Shown piece by piece: positions 50,863 through 61,655 of a DNA stretch of 64,000 nt; positions within the stretch are counted from its first letter, which is position 1, and every line of letters begins with the position of its first letter. The DNA is from an uncultured Methanosarcinales archaeon (lineage in GTDB: Archaea; Halobacteriota; Methanosarcinia; Methanotrichales; Methanotrichaceae). A program made the position numbers and the translations under genes. The stretch is taken from contig CAWJKV010000002.1 in the NCBI GenBank assembly GCA_963843555.1, forward strand, positions 64,001 through 128,000, read 5' to 3'. The notes beneath the pieces were generated by a model. It saw only the letters and a list, made by a program, of their open reading frames with translations. It had not been told where the DNA came from and did no database searches.

Positions 50863-53800
50863 GCTTTCAACTCCGTGAGGATCAAGGTGTCAGGAACATC
50901 GGGAGTGAGATAGGCGATCTGGTCTGGCCGGAAAATGCCGTCCTCTTTATCCGCAAGGTTCACGAGAATCCTGGGCTGGGGCTGTGGCCCGCCAGTGCCG
51001 TTCAGCACTTTCTCGATCTCATCCACGATCTCTTCAGGGTTAAGAATTCGCCGGACGCCGTTGTCCGGCTTCTTCTCAGGAATTCCTGCCACAACATCCA
51101 CGTCCACATAATCCACGCCCTTAACGTTTTGAATAACGCTGATCACCTCGCTCAAAAGGACGTCCTGGCCCAGATCACGGCGCTCAAAGCTGAAAGTATC
51201 CAGGAGAGAGGCCTTTATCATGGGCTCAACCTTGTCCCATAAGTAGTCGGGTTTAACGCGGACCTTGGCGCTTATGACCATTAGCAGTAGCTCCCTGACC
51301 TCAACGCGGATCTGCTGATGCGGGTCTCCATATTTATGCAATGCCGAGAGCAGGTTCAGGTATAAATCGGAATGATAGTCGATGGGGATATCCTCCGCGC
51401 CTGCTATGGTGATGAAGACCACCTGTCTTCTTCCATCGGAGAGCTTGGCAGCTCTCGCCTTGCCTATGCCGGCGAAGGTCCGGGCAAAGTCGGCGTAGTC
51501 CTGCACCGAGACCAAGCGGTCCAGTGCGAGGACCGCCAGAGGCACATTGCGTCGTGCCTGATCTCTGTTCTCTCGATCAGCTCCGCCCGTGGCAGGGAGG
51601 GGATTGATCACGCCCTTCACACCCAGGGGACGCGTTGCCAGAAGGCTGATCTGTCTCGCTCTGACGTTGCCGGGTTTACCTATCCCCGACCTGTAGACAG
51701 CCTTGACGTTCTCGACTCCCGTGGGCAGGCGAGATCCATGCTTGCCGTTGCCAAAGACCACCGTGCTCTTGCTGTCATCATCCGCAGTGGTGATATAATT
51801 GCGGTCGACCGGCTTCAGTCCGGCCAGGCTGTCTCTCTCATGCCAGAGCACATCCTCCACGCGCGCCTGCAGGGTGCTCTCGGCTCCCGCCGGCGTGGGA
51901 GCGCTCAGGTAAGTCAAAGGAGACTGGCGTAGCTGGAACTCCTGGAAGGCACGGCTGCTGTCTCCGCTTCCCAGGACTTCGTTGCGCGTCTCACCATGCG
52001 TAGCCTTGGTCACATTGGCGTAGATGGAGACCGTGTCGCGCCTGTAGCAGTATGCCAGTGGCTCAGAGAGCTTTAGGAAGGTATGAGTTTTATCGTCCGG
52101 GAGAGGCCGGAAGATATCTGTATCTCCACCCGGTGGCGTGCTCGCGGCCTCAGCCTCGATTGTCTTTTTCCCGTTGCCCACCGCAGCCAGCATAACCAGT
52201 TCGCTGGTTTTAACCTGACCGGCACCCTCAGTAAACGAAATATCGGAGCGTTCTCCAGAAACGATCAGCCAGCGGCCGGACTTCAGGCCGTCATAAAGGC
52301 CGTCCAACTCGATCTCGTCGCTGCAAACATTATCCTCTATCTGCTCCTCTGCTCTCTTAACAGGTTCGCTCTCGGCATACACAGTTGTGCCGCGGAGAAT
52401 GGATATATTTAATCTCTTTTCGCTGTCATTTTCCACTTCCGTCTGGGTCAGCCAGTCTTTGTTCAATGTCAGTCTGGTAACTGTTCCCGTAATGCCGTAG
52501 CTTGCCCGGGAGACTGTCCTCACCTTTTCAATCTTGCTGACAATCCACCCCACGCCTTGCGACTCTTCCAGCTTATTGAATCTGAGAAATTTTATATCTT
52601 CCGGTTCATCCGGTATTGGGCGTTCGATTATCACCCAGCTTTGCGGCAGTATCTTGTCATACTCTGCATCCAGGTAAATCACTTTAGTGTCTTCTTCCGT
52701 CAAGTCCCATTCATCGTATTTGGGTACCTTTCCTACATACTGGATCAGCTCGAGAGGTGCATTGTGTCCAAAAGGTGCGGCCTTTACCCTCAGGGCCTGG
52801 ATGCTCACCAGATTCGATGGGGAGCTGTCAAATGTCGCATTAAGCCAGGCCGGATAGAACGTATCTTTCAGATTCGGGCTAAAGGTCAGGAGCAATTGGG
52901 GACTGATATCCGACTGAGATTTGTAGACGTTTTCCAGGCTAGGATTGACGGCATTCTCCAGGCTGCGCTGCAACTGCCTTGTGCTGGCTGGTGGTCGGGA
53001 AGGCGGGATCAGGAGCGATTCCAGGAGATAATTCATGGGGCTGCGTTCCTGGGATGTCGCTCCTGAGGGCTCGCCTGCGGGAGCTGCAGCCAGTATTCGG
53101 CCCTCCTCTGCTGTTATAGCTGTGACATTGGATATCGACTGAAGCGTAACCACAGTCCGGCTGTCCGCGGCCTGTGCATCTACTGCTTCGACCTGCCTGA
53201 AGACCGGATCCCCGATGTTGAAGATGAAGAGCAAAAGATCGTTAACCTTCAGTCTCGTGGCAGCGCCGTCCAGGTATATGCTGTTTATAGCTCCTTCCTG
53301 TGCCGGGTCCAGGCTTATGTTTTGCGGGGTGATATTTTGCGGCTGGGTCATCCTCACACCGAGGCTGTTCCAAACTTCCTTCGCCATCAGCGGCTCACCG
53401 GTCTCAAAGGACTGGGGCAACTCACCGGGACCAGGCAGGCTCTGCACTCTCATACCAGGATCGATCGTCACGTCATAGCCTTTTTCCAGATTGAAGGCCA
53501 GAAAGACGCTGGCCGACACTCCCGGCCGGAGATTATAGCCTACGAGCCTCGCCAGCTCCAGAACTGATCGGCGTTCCGTGGCCGTGCGCAAGATACCCCT
53601 CGTTGGCTATGCGTTCCTGATAAAATGTGAGCACATCGGCAACAACTGCCCATGCATCCAGCATAGCGATAGAAGGATCGTCGGAACTATGTACCGCCAG
53701 GTTCTGCAGAGGACGGATCCTCTTGACCTCTCCCGTCTCCGTAATGATATCCAGGTAGTGGTCCGTGAGTCTGGCCACCATCGTCTCCAGGAAGGTGGCG

Positions 53801-53904
53801 TGCGTGCCCACGCGGTAGGAGAGGGCGTCCAGATACGGCCGGTTGGCCGTGCTCATGGGAACGACCTTCTCCAGGCCCTCGCAGCATCCACATATTTCTT
53901 TCAT
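50859..53904 (-). pseudogene. eCIS baseplate assembly protein (J/gp6-like), split by a single-base frameshift near 53590
   Basis: ORF 53533-53904 ends ..DVLTFYQERIANEGYL and ORF 50859-53591 resumes RTATERRSVLELARLVGY. C-terminus has FGNG.HG.RLPTG, YRSGIG, NPLPATGGAD and RLVSVQDY. Confidence 0.85.
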
Positions 53905-56858
53905 ATTCCACCTCGCATAAGCAACGTCAGTCTGCCATTCTCCGGGAAGCTGGGGTCGTTGTCCAGCCTTGCCACCTCCATATTGCCAATGGGCAGGATG
54001 CCGTTCTCAATCTCGTGTTCGGGCCCTTCGAAGAGCCTTTCCAGCTTCGTCACCACAATGGTTTCCACTCCGGGCACCTTCTCGGCGGCAGCCACCAGAC
54101 TGCTCAGGCGTATACCCATTCCAAAAGTCAGATTATCGGGATGGAAGAATCCTAATTTTCCGTCAGGTAGCATGCTGCTACTGAATACGTCCAGAAGGTC
54201 GGCTTTTACCTGGCCTCGATGATGATTGGGCAAGACACATACAATCATCTCTATATCCAGAGGAATATACTCTGCAGGCCTAACCGCCAGATTATGACCG
54301 ATGCGACGGTAGCGCTGCAGCCGTCCCGCCACTTCATCCAGCAAGACCTCGTCAGCTTCCGTCGTCTGCCTGGGGTCGACTGCCACCTGCACCTCATACC
54401 AGCTTCCATTCCAGCGCATTTCGGCTGCCGCCCTCTGCACTCTGCCCTCGAAGTCTCGCTCTACCAGAAGTGCATAGTCTTCGGTAGTGATAGCCCTCGC
54501 TAAATCCTTGCGGAAGGCTCCCGGAGCAAAGAGCCTGACATCTGCCAGGGGCTCAGGATCAGTGCCGCCCAATGCAGGCAGGGGATTGCGGATCCGCAAG
54601 ATGCCGTTCTGGCCGGGTATATGAAAAACCAAATAGGATATTGCCTCTCTGCCCACGTTTCCAGCCAGGCCGTTGCCCACTCTGTAGACCGCCTCCATCT
54701 CGACGCCAGGTTCAGGCGCCTCTCCCAGATCCCCGTCTCCGAAACGCAGGATAGCGTGTCCGTCATTCTCCATCTCAGCCACAAAATGGCGGTCCAGAGG
54801 CCCGCTGTCCAGCAGATCGCGCTTAGGGGTCCAAATCGCTCCACTCCCTTTCTCCTTGAGGCTGATATAGGGATTGGCCAGACGGGGGTCCTGCTCGATG
54901 GAAAGCCTGGCCGAGATGCATTTAGAAGACCCTTCCAGCTCCAGAGCATAGCTCTCCCCGAACATGGCTTCGATCTCCTTCGCTTCAGTTATTCCCATCA
55001 CATAGCCGGATCTGGCCCTTTTGGTCAGAGCCTCCACTCTCCTGCGTTTCCTGGCCAGATAGATATTTTCGAGAACGAGCAACCTCTTCAGGGCACGGGC
55101 CTGTTTCTTGCAGGATGGATCGTGGTCTTTTGCTTTATCGGTGTACAAAAGTCTGACATCATCAATTGCTTTTACCCCGAAGATACGGATGACCTGGGCG
55201 ATCTCCTGCTCTGTCAGGCAAACACCGGATTTGCTCTTTTTCCAGAGCTCTTCTACCCTCGCGAGAACCCGATCCATCAGCCCATTCAATAACCTGGCCT
55301 GTACCTGGCTAACAAGAGTTGGCGGTGGAAAAGGAACGACATGCGTTACAGGGAAGAACTCGAGACGAGGCCGGAATGGTTTCACCTTGAGAATGGGCTC
55401 ATTTGGCTCTCCTATCCCCTTGCAGCCGGCTGGCTCCTCCTCGCCCTCCGGCACAGTGGAGGACTCAGGATCCAGAGTTCTGCCATAATCCACCAACACC
55501 ACATTACCTCTTGCCACGCTCACGTTTTCCAGAAGCTCGCATCCTGGAGGCTGGCACAGAGAGGAGATGCACAGCATATTGGGCAAGGCATCAACAGGTG
55601 CCCATTCTATGTTCACGATGGGCTGGGAGTTCAGATCATCAACGCCTGGTGTTACCTTGGTCAGGCGCACGGCATGGCGGTGATTGGGATCGGCGTCCGC
55701 CGGGTTCCCTGTCTTGGGGCCCAGGATCTCTTCAAAGATGAGCACATCTCCGGCAGAAAGATGAAGCGCCCTCTTTTTCTCGGGTGGAGGAGGCGGAGTT
55801 GGATGTTTTGAATGTTTATGCTGAACCGACTGCTGCTCCTGAGGAGTGTCTTGCTCAGTCTCTGCAGCTTGAATCCATCTATCCTTCAGGGTGGCTGAAG
55901 TCGCTCCTGTCAACAGGCAGCATTGCTGTCTGCACCAGGTATAGAATTCGATCGAGTTATGGGCTTGATAGAACTCCCGGGACTCTTTTACCAAAGGCTC
56001 AAAGACAAGATACCTGTCCGGTGGAATTTTACGGAGCTCTTCCTCGGTCAGGGACCAGCCGCTGACCAGAGGAGCCGTCCCTGTTGCTGCCAGGAAGTAA
56101 TCTTCGGGATCGAGTCTGGTACGATCCTCTGTCTCGACGCAAACCCAGGCTCTGGAGTTGCAGCCTTCATGCATGAGATAATCTACCAGACGCACATGGC
56201 GGCGGACGGAGATGCGCTGCCGTGCGGTATCCAGGTAGGACTCTGTGGCCACTGCATCTTGATAGTAACTGAGATAGTCTCCTGCATAGGCGAGAAGCTC
56301 CACCAGAGTTATGCCAATGTCCGGCACATGCCGCTCCTGCCACTGGGGCAGGATAAGGGCCAAGCGGTCCAGGATGAGCTGGCGGAAGCTCGAATAGTCC
56401 TTGGCAAGATAGCTGATCTCTGGCTCAGAGCGTTTGGGAGGCGGGCAGATTGCCTTCGTCTTGCAGTCCAGATCGCTGGGGCAACTGGCCAGAAAATTGA
56501 ATTTCAGATGATCATAGCATGAATCTATGCACTCCAGATCCACCAGACGCAATGTGTAGGTGGAAAAGTCGCCTCCTTTATCCAGATGGACGGCCATGTA
56601 ATCGTCCAGCTCGGGCTCATCTCTATGGACCAGGTCGACGTCAACGATACTTATGTCTCGAATGCGCTGGCCGCCATCGATGAGCACATGTTCCAGAGCA
56701 TTTTGTTCGGTCAGGCCTGCCGGTAGCTTTCCTAGGAAGTAGACGTAAAGCTTCTTCTGATCCTGGCTCACATCCAGATGATCCAGACCGTTTAAATTCT
56801 TCTCCCGAACGCATTTGCGGCGCATATCCTCTTTGCATCTTATCTCGGGCTCCTTCAT
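53901..56858 (-). CDS. eCIS baseplate assembly protein (J/gp6-like)
   Basis: NGLDHL, YLAKDYSSFR, DYLSYYQDAVATESYL.TARQRISVRRH, RFGDG, YRVGNG and RAIT.EDY. Confidence 0.9.
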   Translation of the reverse strand: MKEPEIRCKEDMRRKCVREKNLNGLDHLDVSQDQKKLYVYFLGKLPAGLTEQNALEHVLIDGGQRIRDISIVDVDLVHRDEPELDDYMAVHLDKGGDFSTYTLRLVDLECIDSCYDHLKFNFLASCPSDLDCKTKAICPPPKRSEPEISYLAKDYSSFRQLILDRLALILPQWQERHVPDIGITLVELLAYAGDYLSYYQDAVATESYLDTARQRISVRRHVRLVDYLMHEGCNSRAWVCVETEDRTRLDPEDYFLAATGTAPLVSGWSLTEEELRKIPPDRYLVFEPLVKESREFYQAHNSIEFYTWCRQQCCLLTGATSATLKDRWIQAAETEQDTPQEQQSVQHKHSKHPTPPPPPEKKRALHLSAGDVLIFEEILGPKTGNPADADPNHRHAVRLTKVTPGVDDLNSQPIVNIEWAPVDALPNMLCISSLCQPPGCELLENVSVARGNVVLVDYGRTLDPESSTVPEGEEEPAGCKGIGEPNEPILKVKPFRPRLEFFPVTHVVPFPPPTLVSQVQARLLNGLMDRVLARVEELWKKSKSGVCLTEQEIAQVIRIFGVKAIDDVRLLYTDKAKDHDPSCKKQARALKRLLVLENIYLARKRRRVEALTKRARSGYVMGITEAKEIEAMFGESYALELEGSSKCISARLSIEQDPRLANPYISLKEKGSGAIWTPKRDLLDSGPLDRHFVAEMENDGHAILRFGDGDLGEAPEPGVEMEAVYRVGNGLAGNVGREAISYLVFHIPGQNGILRIRNPLPALGGTDPEPLADVRLFAPGAFRKDLARAITTEDYALLVERDFEGRVQRAAAEMRWNGSWYEVQVAVDPRQTTEADEVLLDEVAGRLQRYRRIGHNLAVRPAEYIPLDIEMIVCVLPNHHRGQVKADLLDVFSSSMLPDGKLGFFHPDNLTFGMGIRLSSLVAAAEKVPGVETIVVTKLERLFEGPEHEIENGILPIGNMEVARLDNDPSFPENGRLTLLMRGGI

Positions 56859-57220
56859 GGCACGCCACCCCTTTCCAGAGTCACTATGCGGCGCTCTCCA
56901 GTTTTGAGCACCGAGTACTGCACCAGCACGCGGAGCGTTGCGTCCTGGCTCTCCACCTCTGCAGACTGTACCTCGATCACGTCACCGAGCCATCTTTGCA
57001 GTCCGGCCTGGATGGTGAACTGCAGAGCAGCCGCCAGCTCCTGGCTATTTGGAGCAAAGACCATCTGCAAGAGACCGCTGCCAAAATCGGGCCGGTTCAC
57101 CCGTTCACCAGGGCTGGTGAACAGGAACTGTTCTATCATGTCGCGGATGTGATCCTCGTCTCCAGTTAGAGCGGTTCTTCCCAGGCCGTCGAAATGATAC
57201 GGATAATCGATATTCATCAT
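56855..57220 (-). CDS. GPW/gp25 family baseplate protein
   Basis: HIRDMIEQFLFTSPGERVNRPDFGSGL. Start ATG 57220 overlaps the stop of the PAAR-like gene. Confidence 0.92.
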   Translation of the reverse strand: MMNIDYPYHFDGLGRTALTGDEDHIRDMIEQFLFTSPGERVNRPDFGSGLLQMVFAPNSQELAAALQFTIQAGLQRWLGDVIEVQSAEVESQDATLRVLVQYSVLKTGERRIVTLERGGVP

Positions 57221-57543
57221 GTCCCCCTGACGCGCAATTGTGTGACAACAATATTCAGCCCTGTGCCGGTGGGAGCGCATATGGCCTGACTGTCTTGCAG
57301 CAGGACCGGCACGCCCCCAGATCTGACCCTTGTCGCTGCTGTGATCCACTGGGCAGTGACGCAAGGCCCATTGGCAGCTAAAGGTGGAGGAAGTGTGCAG
57401 CCTGTAACGGAGTAAATGCCTGCCTGGGTAACTGTGGCCTGGCCGCTGACCTTAACCCTGGGGTTAGGCACCATTGGCTGCGCCTGCCCTGCATGAAAAC
57501 ATAGAACCACGGCCCCCTGGTGAAGCAGAAAGCCGGGCATCAC
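57217..57543 (-). CDS. PAAR-like spike tip protein (DUF4280-like)
   Basis: GAVVLCFHAG..RVKVSGQ..GCTLP..PCVTAQW..RVRSGGVPVLL; located between the spike and gp25 genes. Confidence 0.8.
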   Translation of the reverse strand: MMPGFLLHQGAVVLCFHAGQAQPMVPNPRVKVSGQATVTQAGIYSVTGCTLPPPLAANGPCVTAQWITAATRVRSGGVPVLLQDSQAICAPTGTGLNIVVTQLRVRGT

Positions 57544-58028
57544 AACACCTCCAGTGCGCCGTCATTTATGGATACCTGGGGTCCGGTGAGCTTGATGCTG
57601 CCCCCTATTCCGTCATTTATCTCAATACCCTGCATATTGATCACGATCTTCATGCCTGCACTCGTCTCTATGGTTATGCCGCCTACCCCTGGCAGGTCGT
57701 TGATGGTGATGGTTCCGGCATCGGTCTTGAGAACCTTCATCTCCGCCACGGCAGGAGTTGCCGGCAGCTCTCCCTGAGACCAGAAGCAACCCGTCCAAAT
57801 GGGATAGTCCGGGTCTCCGTGCTCGAACTCTATCCAGACGGAAGCATCCACAGGCGGGACGAGAAAGAGGCCGACACCCTTTCCCGCATAGGGCAAGCTG
57901 GGAAGAGCCCATCCTATTTCCTTACCGCCCAGGACATCCTGCACCCGGGCTCGCACCCGGCCCAAAAAGAGCGGGTCACGGTTGTCTGTGACCACGCCCC
58001 TAAATTTACCATAAAATGGTCCGCTCAT
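57540..58028 (-). CDS. Baseplate assembly protein V / gp5-like spike (OB fold)
   Basis: FYGKFRGVVTDNRDP..GRVR, GWALP and VWIEFEHGDPDYPIWTG. Confidence 0.92.
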   Translation of the reverse strand: MSGPFYGKFRGVVTDNRDPLFLGRVRARVQDVLGGKEIGWALPSLPYAGKGVGLFLVPPVDASVWIEFEHGDPDYPIWTGCFWSQGELPATPAVAEMKVLKTDAGTITINDLPGVGGITIETSAGMKIVINMQGIEINDGIGGSIKLTGPQVSINDGALEVL

Positions 58029-59146
58029 GGCATCACCAGAGGAACTAGAGAGCCGAGTCCTTCACGCACCAGTGTGAAGCTCTGCTTGTATTCGCCGATC
58101 TTTATGCGGTGCGTCACCATCTGGACATAGTAATTGCCGTCATAGCTCTGGCCGACCCCGCGCACTCCTACCAGTCGACGTGAGCGCAAAGCCCTGCCAT
58201 AACGCAGGGAATCGACCTCCCCGCTGGCATTTACCGCATCGGATGAGCCGCTCTGAGATGCCAATCCTCGCAGGGCGGCCTGGACGGGATTGAGGTTGGC
58301 GGTATCTCTGCGCAGAGTCTTTCTCAGGGGTTTGGCCGGATTTCTGGCCAGTGGTGGACGCAGCCCTCCCGGCACTGGGATGGGGATGGCAAGCTTTGTC
58401 AAAGGTTCTACAATGGTTATTTGCGGTTCCTCAGGTCCCAGGGCATCGTAGCTGAAGTTGATGGGTTTGTCCACGTTGGTGTCCGGGCCCATGTTCATGG
58501 TCAGAGCGGGCTGAGCTACTCCAAGGCGGTTGTCAGGCCCCCAATAGGCTGTGTTGACTCCAGGGACCAGAGTTGGCTCTATGTAGAAGACGAAGCCGTT
58601 GCGCTTCGCCAGCTCTCGCAGGAAAGCCAGATCGGTGCCCTGTTGCGAAGGTACACGATCCACCTCAATGGGCACGTCTGTGGTAGGGGTGATTTGGGGC
58701 ACCAATCCAAGTGTCGCGTATGAGGGTGAGGTCAGAATACTGGTGGCGATGAGCGAGTCGGACTGATTACTATAGGTCTCATTCTTCTCTTCCAGATCGA
58801 GTTTCATGGTGATGTCCTTGCCATAGACGTAAAGCTTGGACTCGCCTGGACGGTTGCTGGGAACGAACTCGTGGCGGGTGATGAAACCATCGATGAGCAC
58901 CTGAGGCCGCCCGTTGATGATGGCGATAATGATCGCCCGGCTGGGCGGATCGAGTCTGCCGCTTAGCAGCAGACCGTAATCCAGCAAAGAGTCTTTGCCG
59001 AGGGTGAAGGTGAGCTTGAAGCCGTCGAACTCCTGGTCCTTGTTTTCGACCTCCACCTCGACCAGCGCGTCCACTACGGAATAAGGCGCAGGCACAGGCA
59101 CGGTGGGCCCGAGAAGAAGCTGAAGGTTTATGCCTAGGTCGAGCAC
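58025..59146 (-). CDS. eCIS hub protein (gp27/late control D-like)
   Basis: LIDGFIT, GKDIT..D, QQGTDLAFLRELAKRNGFVFY and YDGNYYV..VTH; position upstream of the spike gene. Confidence 0.8.
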   Translation of the reverse strand: MLDLGINLQLLLGPTVPVPAPYSVVDALVEVEVENKDQEFDGFKLTFTLGKDSLLDYGLLLSGRLDPPSRAIIIAIINGRPQVLIDGFITRHEFVPSNRPGESKLYVYGKDITMKLDLEEKNETYSNQSDSLIATSILTSPSYATLGLVPQITPTTDVPIEVDRVPSQQGTDLAFLRELAKRNGFVFYIEPTLVPGVNTAYWGPDNRLGVAQPALTMNMGPDTNVDKPINFSYDALGPEEPQITIVEPLTKLAIPIPVPGGLRPPLARNPAKPLRKTLRRDTANLNPVQAALRGLASQSGSSDAVNASGEVDSLRYGRALRSRRLVGVRGVGQSYDGNYYVQMVTHRIKIGEYKQSFTLVREGLGSLVPLVMP

Positions 59147-59451
59147 TATTGGCCTCCCTGGGGCAGCGGAATTATCAATCGCCGGCCTATCACTTCGGTC
59201 AGCTCATCGGGGCGCATAGCGTTATTAGCGTCGCTTAGCCGCCAGAACTGCTCAGGATCGACCAGGTATCGGGCGGTTATGTTATCCAGCCTCTCATCCT
59301 GGATTACGGTATGCTCGCCCATGACAACCATTTCTTCTGCCGGAGGCAGGAAACGGCGACGCACATAGGCTATCTCCTTTCCCTCGGCCGTCTTGAGAAG
59401 AGCGGTCTCGATACCGTAATAACGACTGGTAGTAAGAAACATCATATTCAC
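59146..59451 (-). CDS. LysM-like (gpX/gp53-like) tail protein
   Basis: SRY..YVRRRFLP, HTV...RLDNITARYL.DPEQFWRL.DAN. Confidence 0.85.
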   Translation of the reverse strand: MNMMFLTTSRYYGIETALLKTAEGKEIAYVRRRFLPPAEEMVVMGEHTVIQDERLDNITARYLVDPEQFWRLSDANNAMRPDELTEVIGRRLIIPLPQGGQ

Positions 59452-59453
59452 CT

Positions 59454-60107
59454 TCAGAAGAGCTTCAAAGATGCGCCTATATTCTGGGCGCTGTTGAAAA
59501 CGTTCGTCGTGGCCATTACCTCTTTGGCAATCTGGTGGGCCAGGAATAGATAGTAGCCGGGATGGGTCACCTTCAGATCTGCATAGCTGAGCACATACAG
59601 GCTGAGATCCACCTTGGCTCGGATGGGATTCAAGAGAGTGTCATAGGCTTCCTCAGTTATACTAAAGCTCGTTACCCGCACCGGCAATACTCGTGTGGGT
59701 CCCCAGACGAATAATGTGAGAGGTGCTTCCGGCTGTATGATCTCTATAAAGCCGCCATTGGCTAATGCTGCGGCGGCGATGACTGCCCGGCTCTTGGGGT
59801 AGATCAGCATTTCCAAAGCGGATAAAGCTGGACTGATCCCAGCAGCTACGGCCAAAGGATTGGCCTCCTCCAACTGATCCGCAGCATCAAGCTCGATGCT
59901 CAGGGTAATGGTCTCCTTGGGCGGGCCGGTGAGGCGAAAAGCCTCAGATCTATCCCCACCCTCTCCGCCTACAGAGCGCGCTTCGAGACGGCGGGTCATG
60001 GTGTCCGGGTTGTACTGAAAGACAATTATGCTTGCCAGCGGGTTTTTCGGGTCAAGGCCTATGATGGCGCCCTTTATCAGGCGCGGGGATCCGGGAAATG
60101 CTGTCAT
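59454..60107 (-). CDS. CIS tube-initiator-like protein
   Basis: IVFQYNPDTMTR, P.ETITL..ELDA, LFVWG..RVLPVRVTSFSITEE..D..LNPIRA. Confidence 0.8.
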   Translation of the reverse strand: MTAFPGSPRLIKGAIIGLDPKNPLASIIVFQYNPDTMTRRLEARSVGGEGGDRSEAFRLTGPPKETITLSIELDAADQLEEANPLAVAAGISPALSALEMLIYPKSRAVIAAAALANGGFIEIIQPEAPLTLFVWGPTRVLPVRVTSFSITEEAYDTLLNPIRAKVDLSLYVLSYADLKVTHPGYYLFLAHQIAKEVMATTNVFNSAQNIGASLKLF

Positions 60108-60208
60108 ATGGCTTCGATACTCCTTTAAGTCTTCTAATACACTTATTTGCTCTTATTGTGCAATATTTTATTTTGAATGTGATCCCCGGGCAGGAGATCT
60201 CATGGCAA

Positions 60209-61552
60209 TCAGCAGGTAGGTCCTGGTGGGCACCCTTTTGATGGAGCTGGACGCGCTGGAGCCGGTGAGTCGTCCCATCCTGGAACCCAGCCGAGTGCGG
60301 GAGGCCTGGGCACCATACCAGCACAGCATTTTCGTGCTAGCGTCCCGGCAAATGTGTTGCTGTTGGGCCCAGAGAGCCTGTAGAGGCTCGGGTTGTTGTA
60401 AGATGAGAAGGCATCCCGCAGGCATTGTCCGACATCGGTGACCCCCGGCGCAGGAATACAGTCCAGGCAGGTGGGTGTATTGCCACAAGGATCGGGCGAG
60501 TTGTCCCATTTTTGTCCCCCAGTTCCCGTCACTGGATTGTTGTACCAGTGAGCAGGACAGGTCGGACTGATAATTGCATAGCGGAATGGCGGAGCTTCAA
60601 TATAGGCATGGTTGCCAACAGGGCTGATCTGCAGTTTTCGAGCACATACCTTGAATGGGGTCGCCGATTTGCTGGGCGTTGGAGGAGCCAATTTGGCTGT
60701 TACAATATGAACAGTGGTCTGGCCTTTCAAGAATGTGGACGGATTGGGCTGACCGGTCTTGATGCGGTAGGGGAAGCGGGCATTTGCTCCAGGAGAGCCC
60801 GGCGGCGGGCTGAAATTGACGTTGTTGCCGTCGATAGTCACTGTCGCCATGTAATCGGCATCCTCTATGTCGCATTCAATGAGGCCGTAAACGTAGACGC
60901 CAGTATCGGTATCGAACTCGATCGTGTTTGATTCGCACGATACGCGGATGATGTTCACATGATTGGATTTTACAGGCTGGCGTGCAATCTGGGCAGGCGT
61001 ATGCTGCTGTGCCTGGACCTTTGCCTGTCCAGAATTGAGCACTTGGGCAGAAGCGTCTGATGCCTGGCGTTCTGAGGCGCTTTTGGAGTCCGCAATACGG
61101 AGGGGACCTGAGACGGGGGCTGACTCTTGCTGTCCTACATGAGCCAGCTCATGGGCCAGCAGGGCTCTTCCCCTCGCAACTCCTGGATTATAATGCCCCT
61201 CCTTGAAGACCACATGCTGTCCCACGGTATAGGCCAGAGCGTCTACAGCTTTTGCCGATTCAGAGGCTTTGGCTCCGGTATGCACTCTCACCCGGCTGAA
61301 GTCCTGCCCGAAACGTGGCTCCATGAAGGCTCGCGTAGCCGGATCAATCGGCGCACCGGGCGAGCGCAGAATATCGTGGACAATGGAAGGAGCTGAATTG
61401 GACTCCCGGCTCGAATTCTTCAGAGCCGAACGCTGCAAAAGCTGTCGCTTCTTGCGACAATTGTCGCATTTGCGCTGCAAGAGACGGCTCCCAATAGACG
61501 AATCCGATGGGCCGGGTTTGGCTCCTTTGATGGATTGTAATTGCGTGATCAA
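60209..61552 (-). CDS. DUF4157 (eCIS core) protein with variable Cys-rich C-terminal putative effector domain
   Basis: LQRKCD, MEPRFGQDFSRVRVH, ALAYTVG and LLAHELAHVGQQ. C-terminus NHAYI..YRLSGPNSNTF. Confidence 0.9.
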   Translation of the reverse strand: MITQLQSIKGAKPGPSDSSIGSRLLQRKCDNCRKKRQLLQRSALKNSSRESNSAPSIVHDILRSPGAPIDPATRAFMEPRFGQDFSRVRVHTGAKASESAKAVDALAYTVGQHVVFKEGHYNPGVARGRALLAHELAHVGQQESAPVSGPLRIADSKSASERQASDASAQVLNSGQAKVQAQQHTPAQIARQPVKSNHVNIIRVSCESNTIEFDTDTGVYVYGLIECDIEDADYMATVTIDGNNVNFSPPPGSPGANARFPYRIKTGQPNPSTFLKGQTTVHIVTAKLAPPTPSKSATPFKVCARKLQISPVGNHAYIEAPPFRYAIISPTCPAHWYNNPVTGTGGQKWDNSPDPCGNTPTCLDCIPAPGVTDVGQCLRDAFSSYNNPSLYRLSGPNSNTFAGTLARKCCAGMVPRPPALGWVPGWDDSPAPARPAPSKGCPPGPTC

Positions 61553-61655
61553 GGTAAAATCTCCTAATTATTATAGTATTAAATGAATCATATTCTCTTT
61601 GTACCGTTCTATCTATACCGCAGTTGCCAGGATGGTTGAGCCCTTTAGATCGCTA

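Noticed and set aside
53585..53600. Programmed ribosomal frameshift in the baseplate gene
   Set aside because: No slippery sequence, and the break falls inside a motif that is contiguous in the paralog at 53901-56858.
47084..60107. Prophage/provirus tail module or T6SS
   Set aside because: No head, portal, terminase, tape measure, integrase or TssJLM/ClpV genes in the window. DUF4157 and DUF6519 point to eCIS. The region beyond 64000 is unseen.
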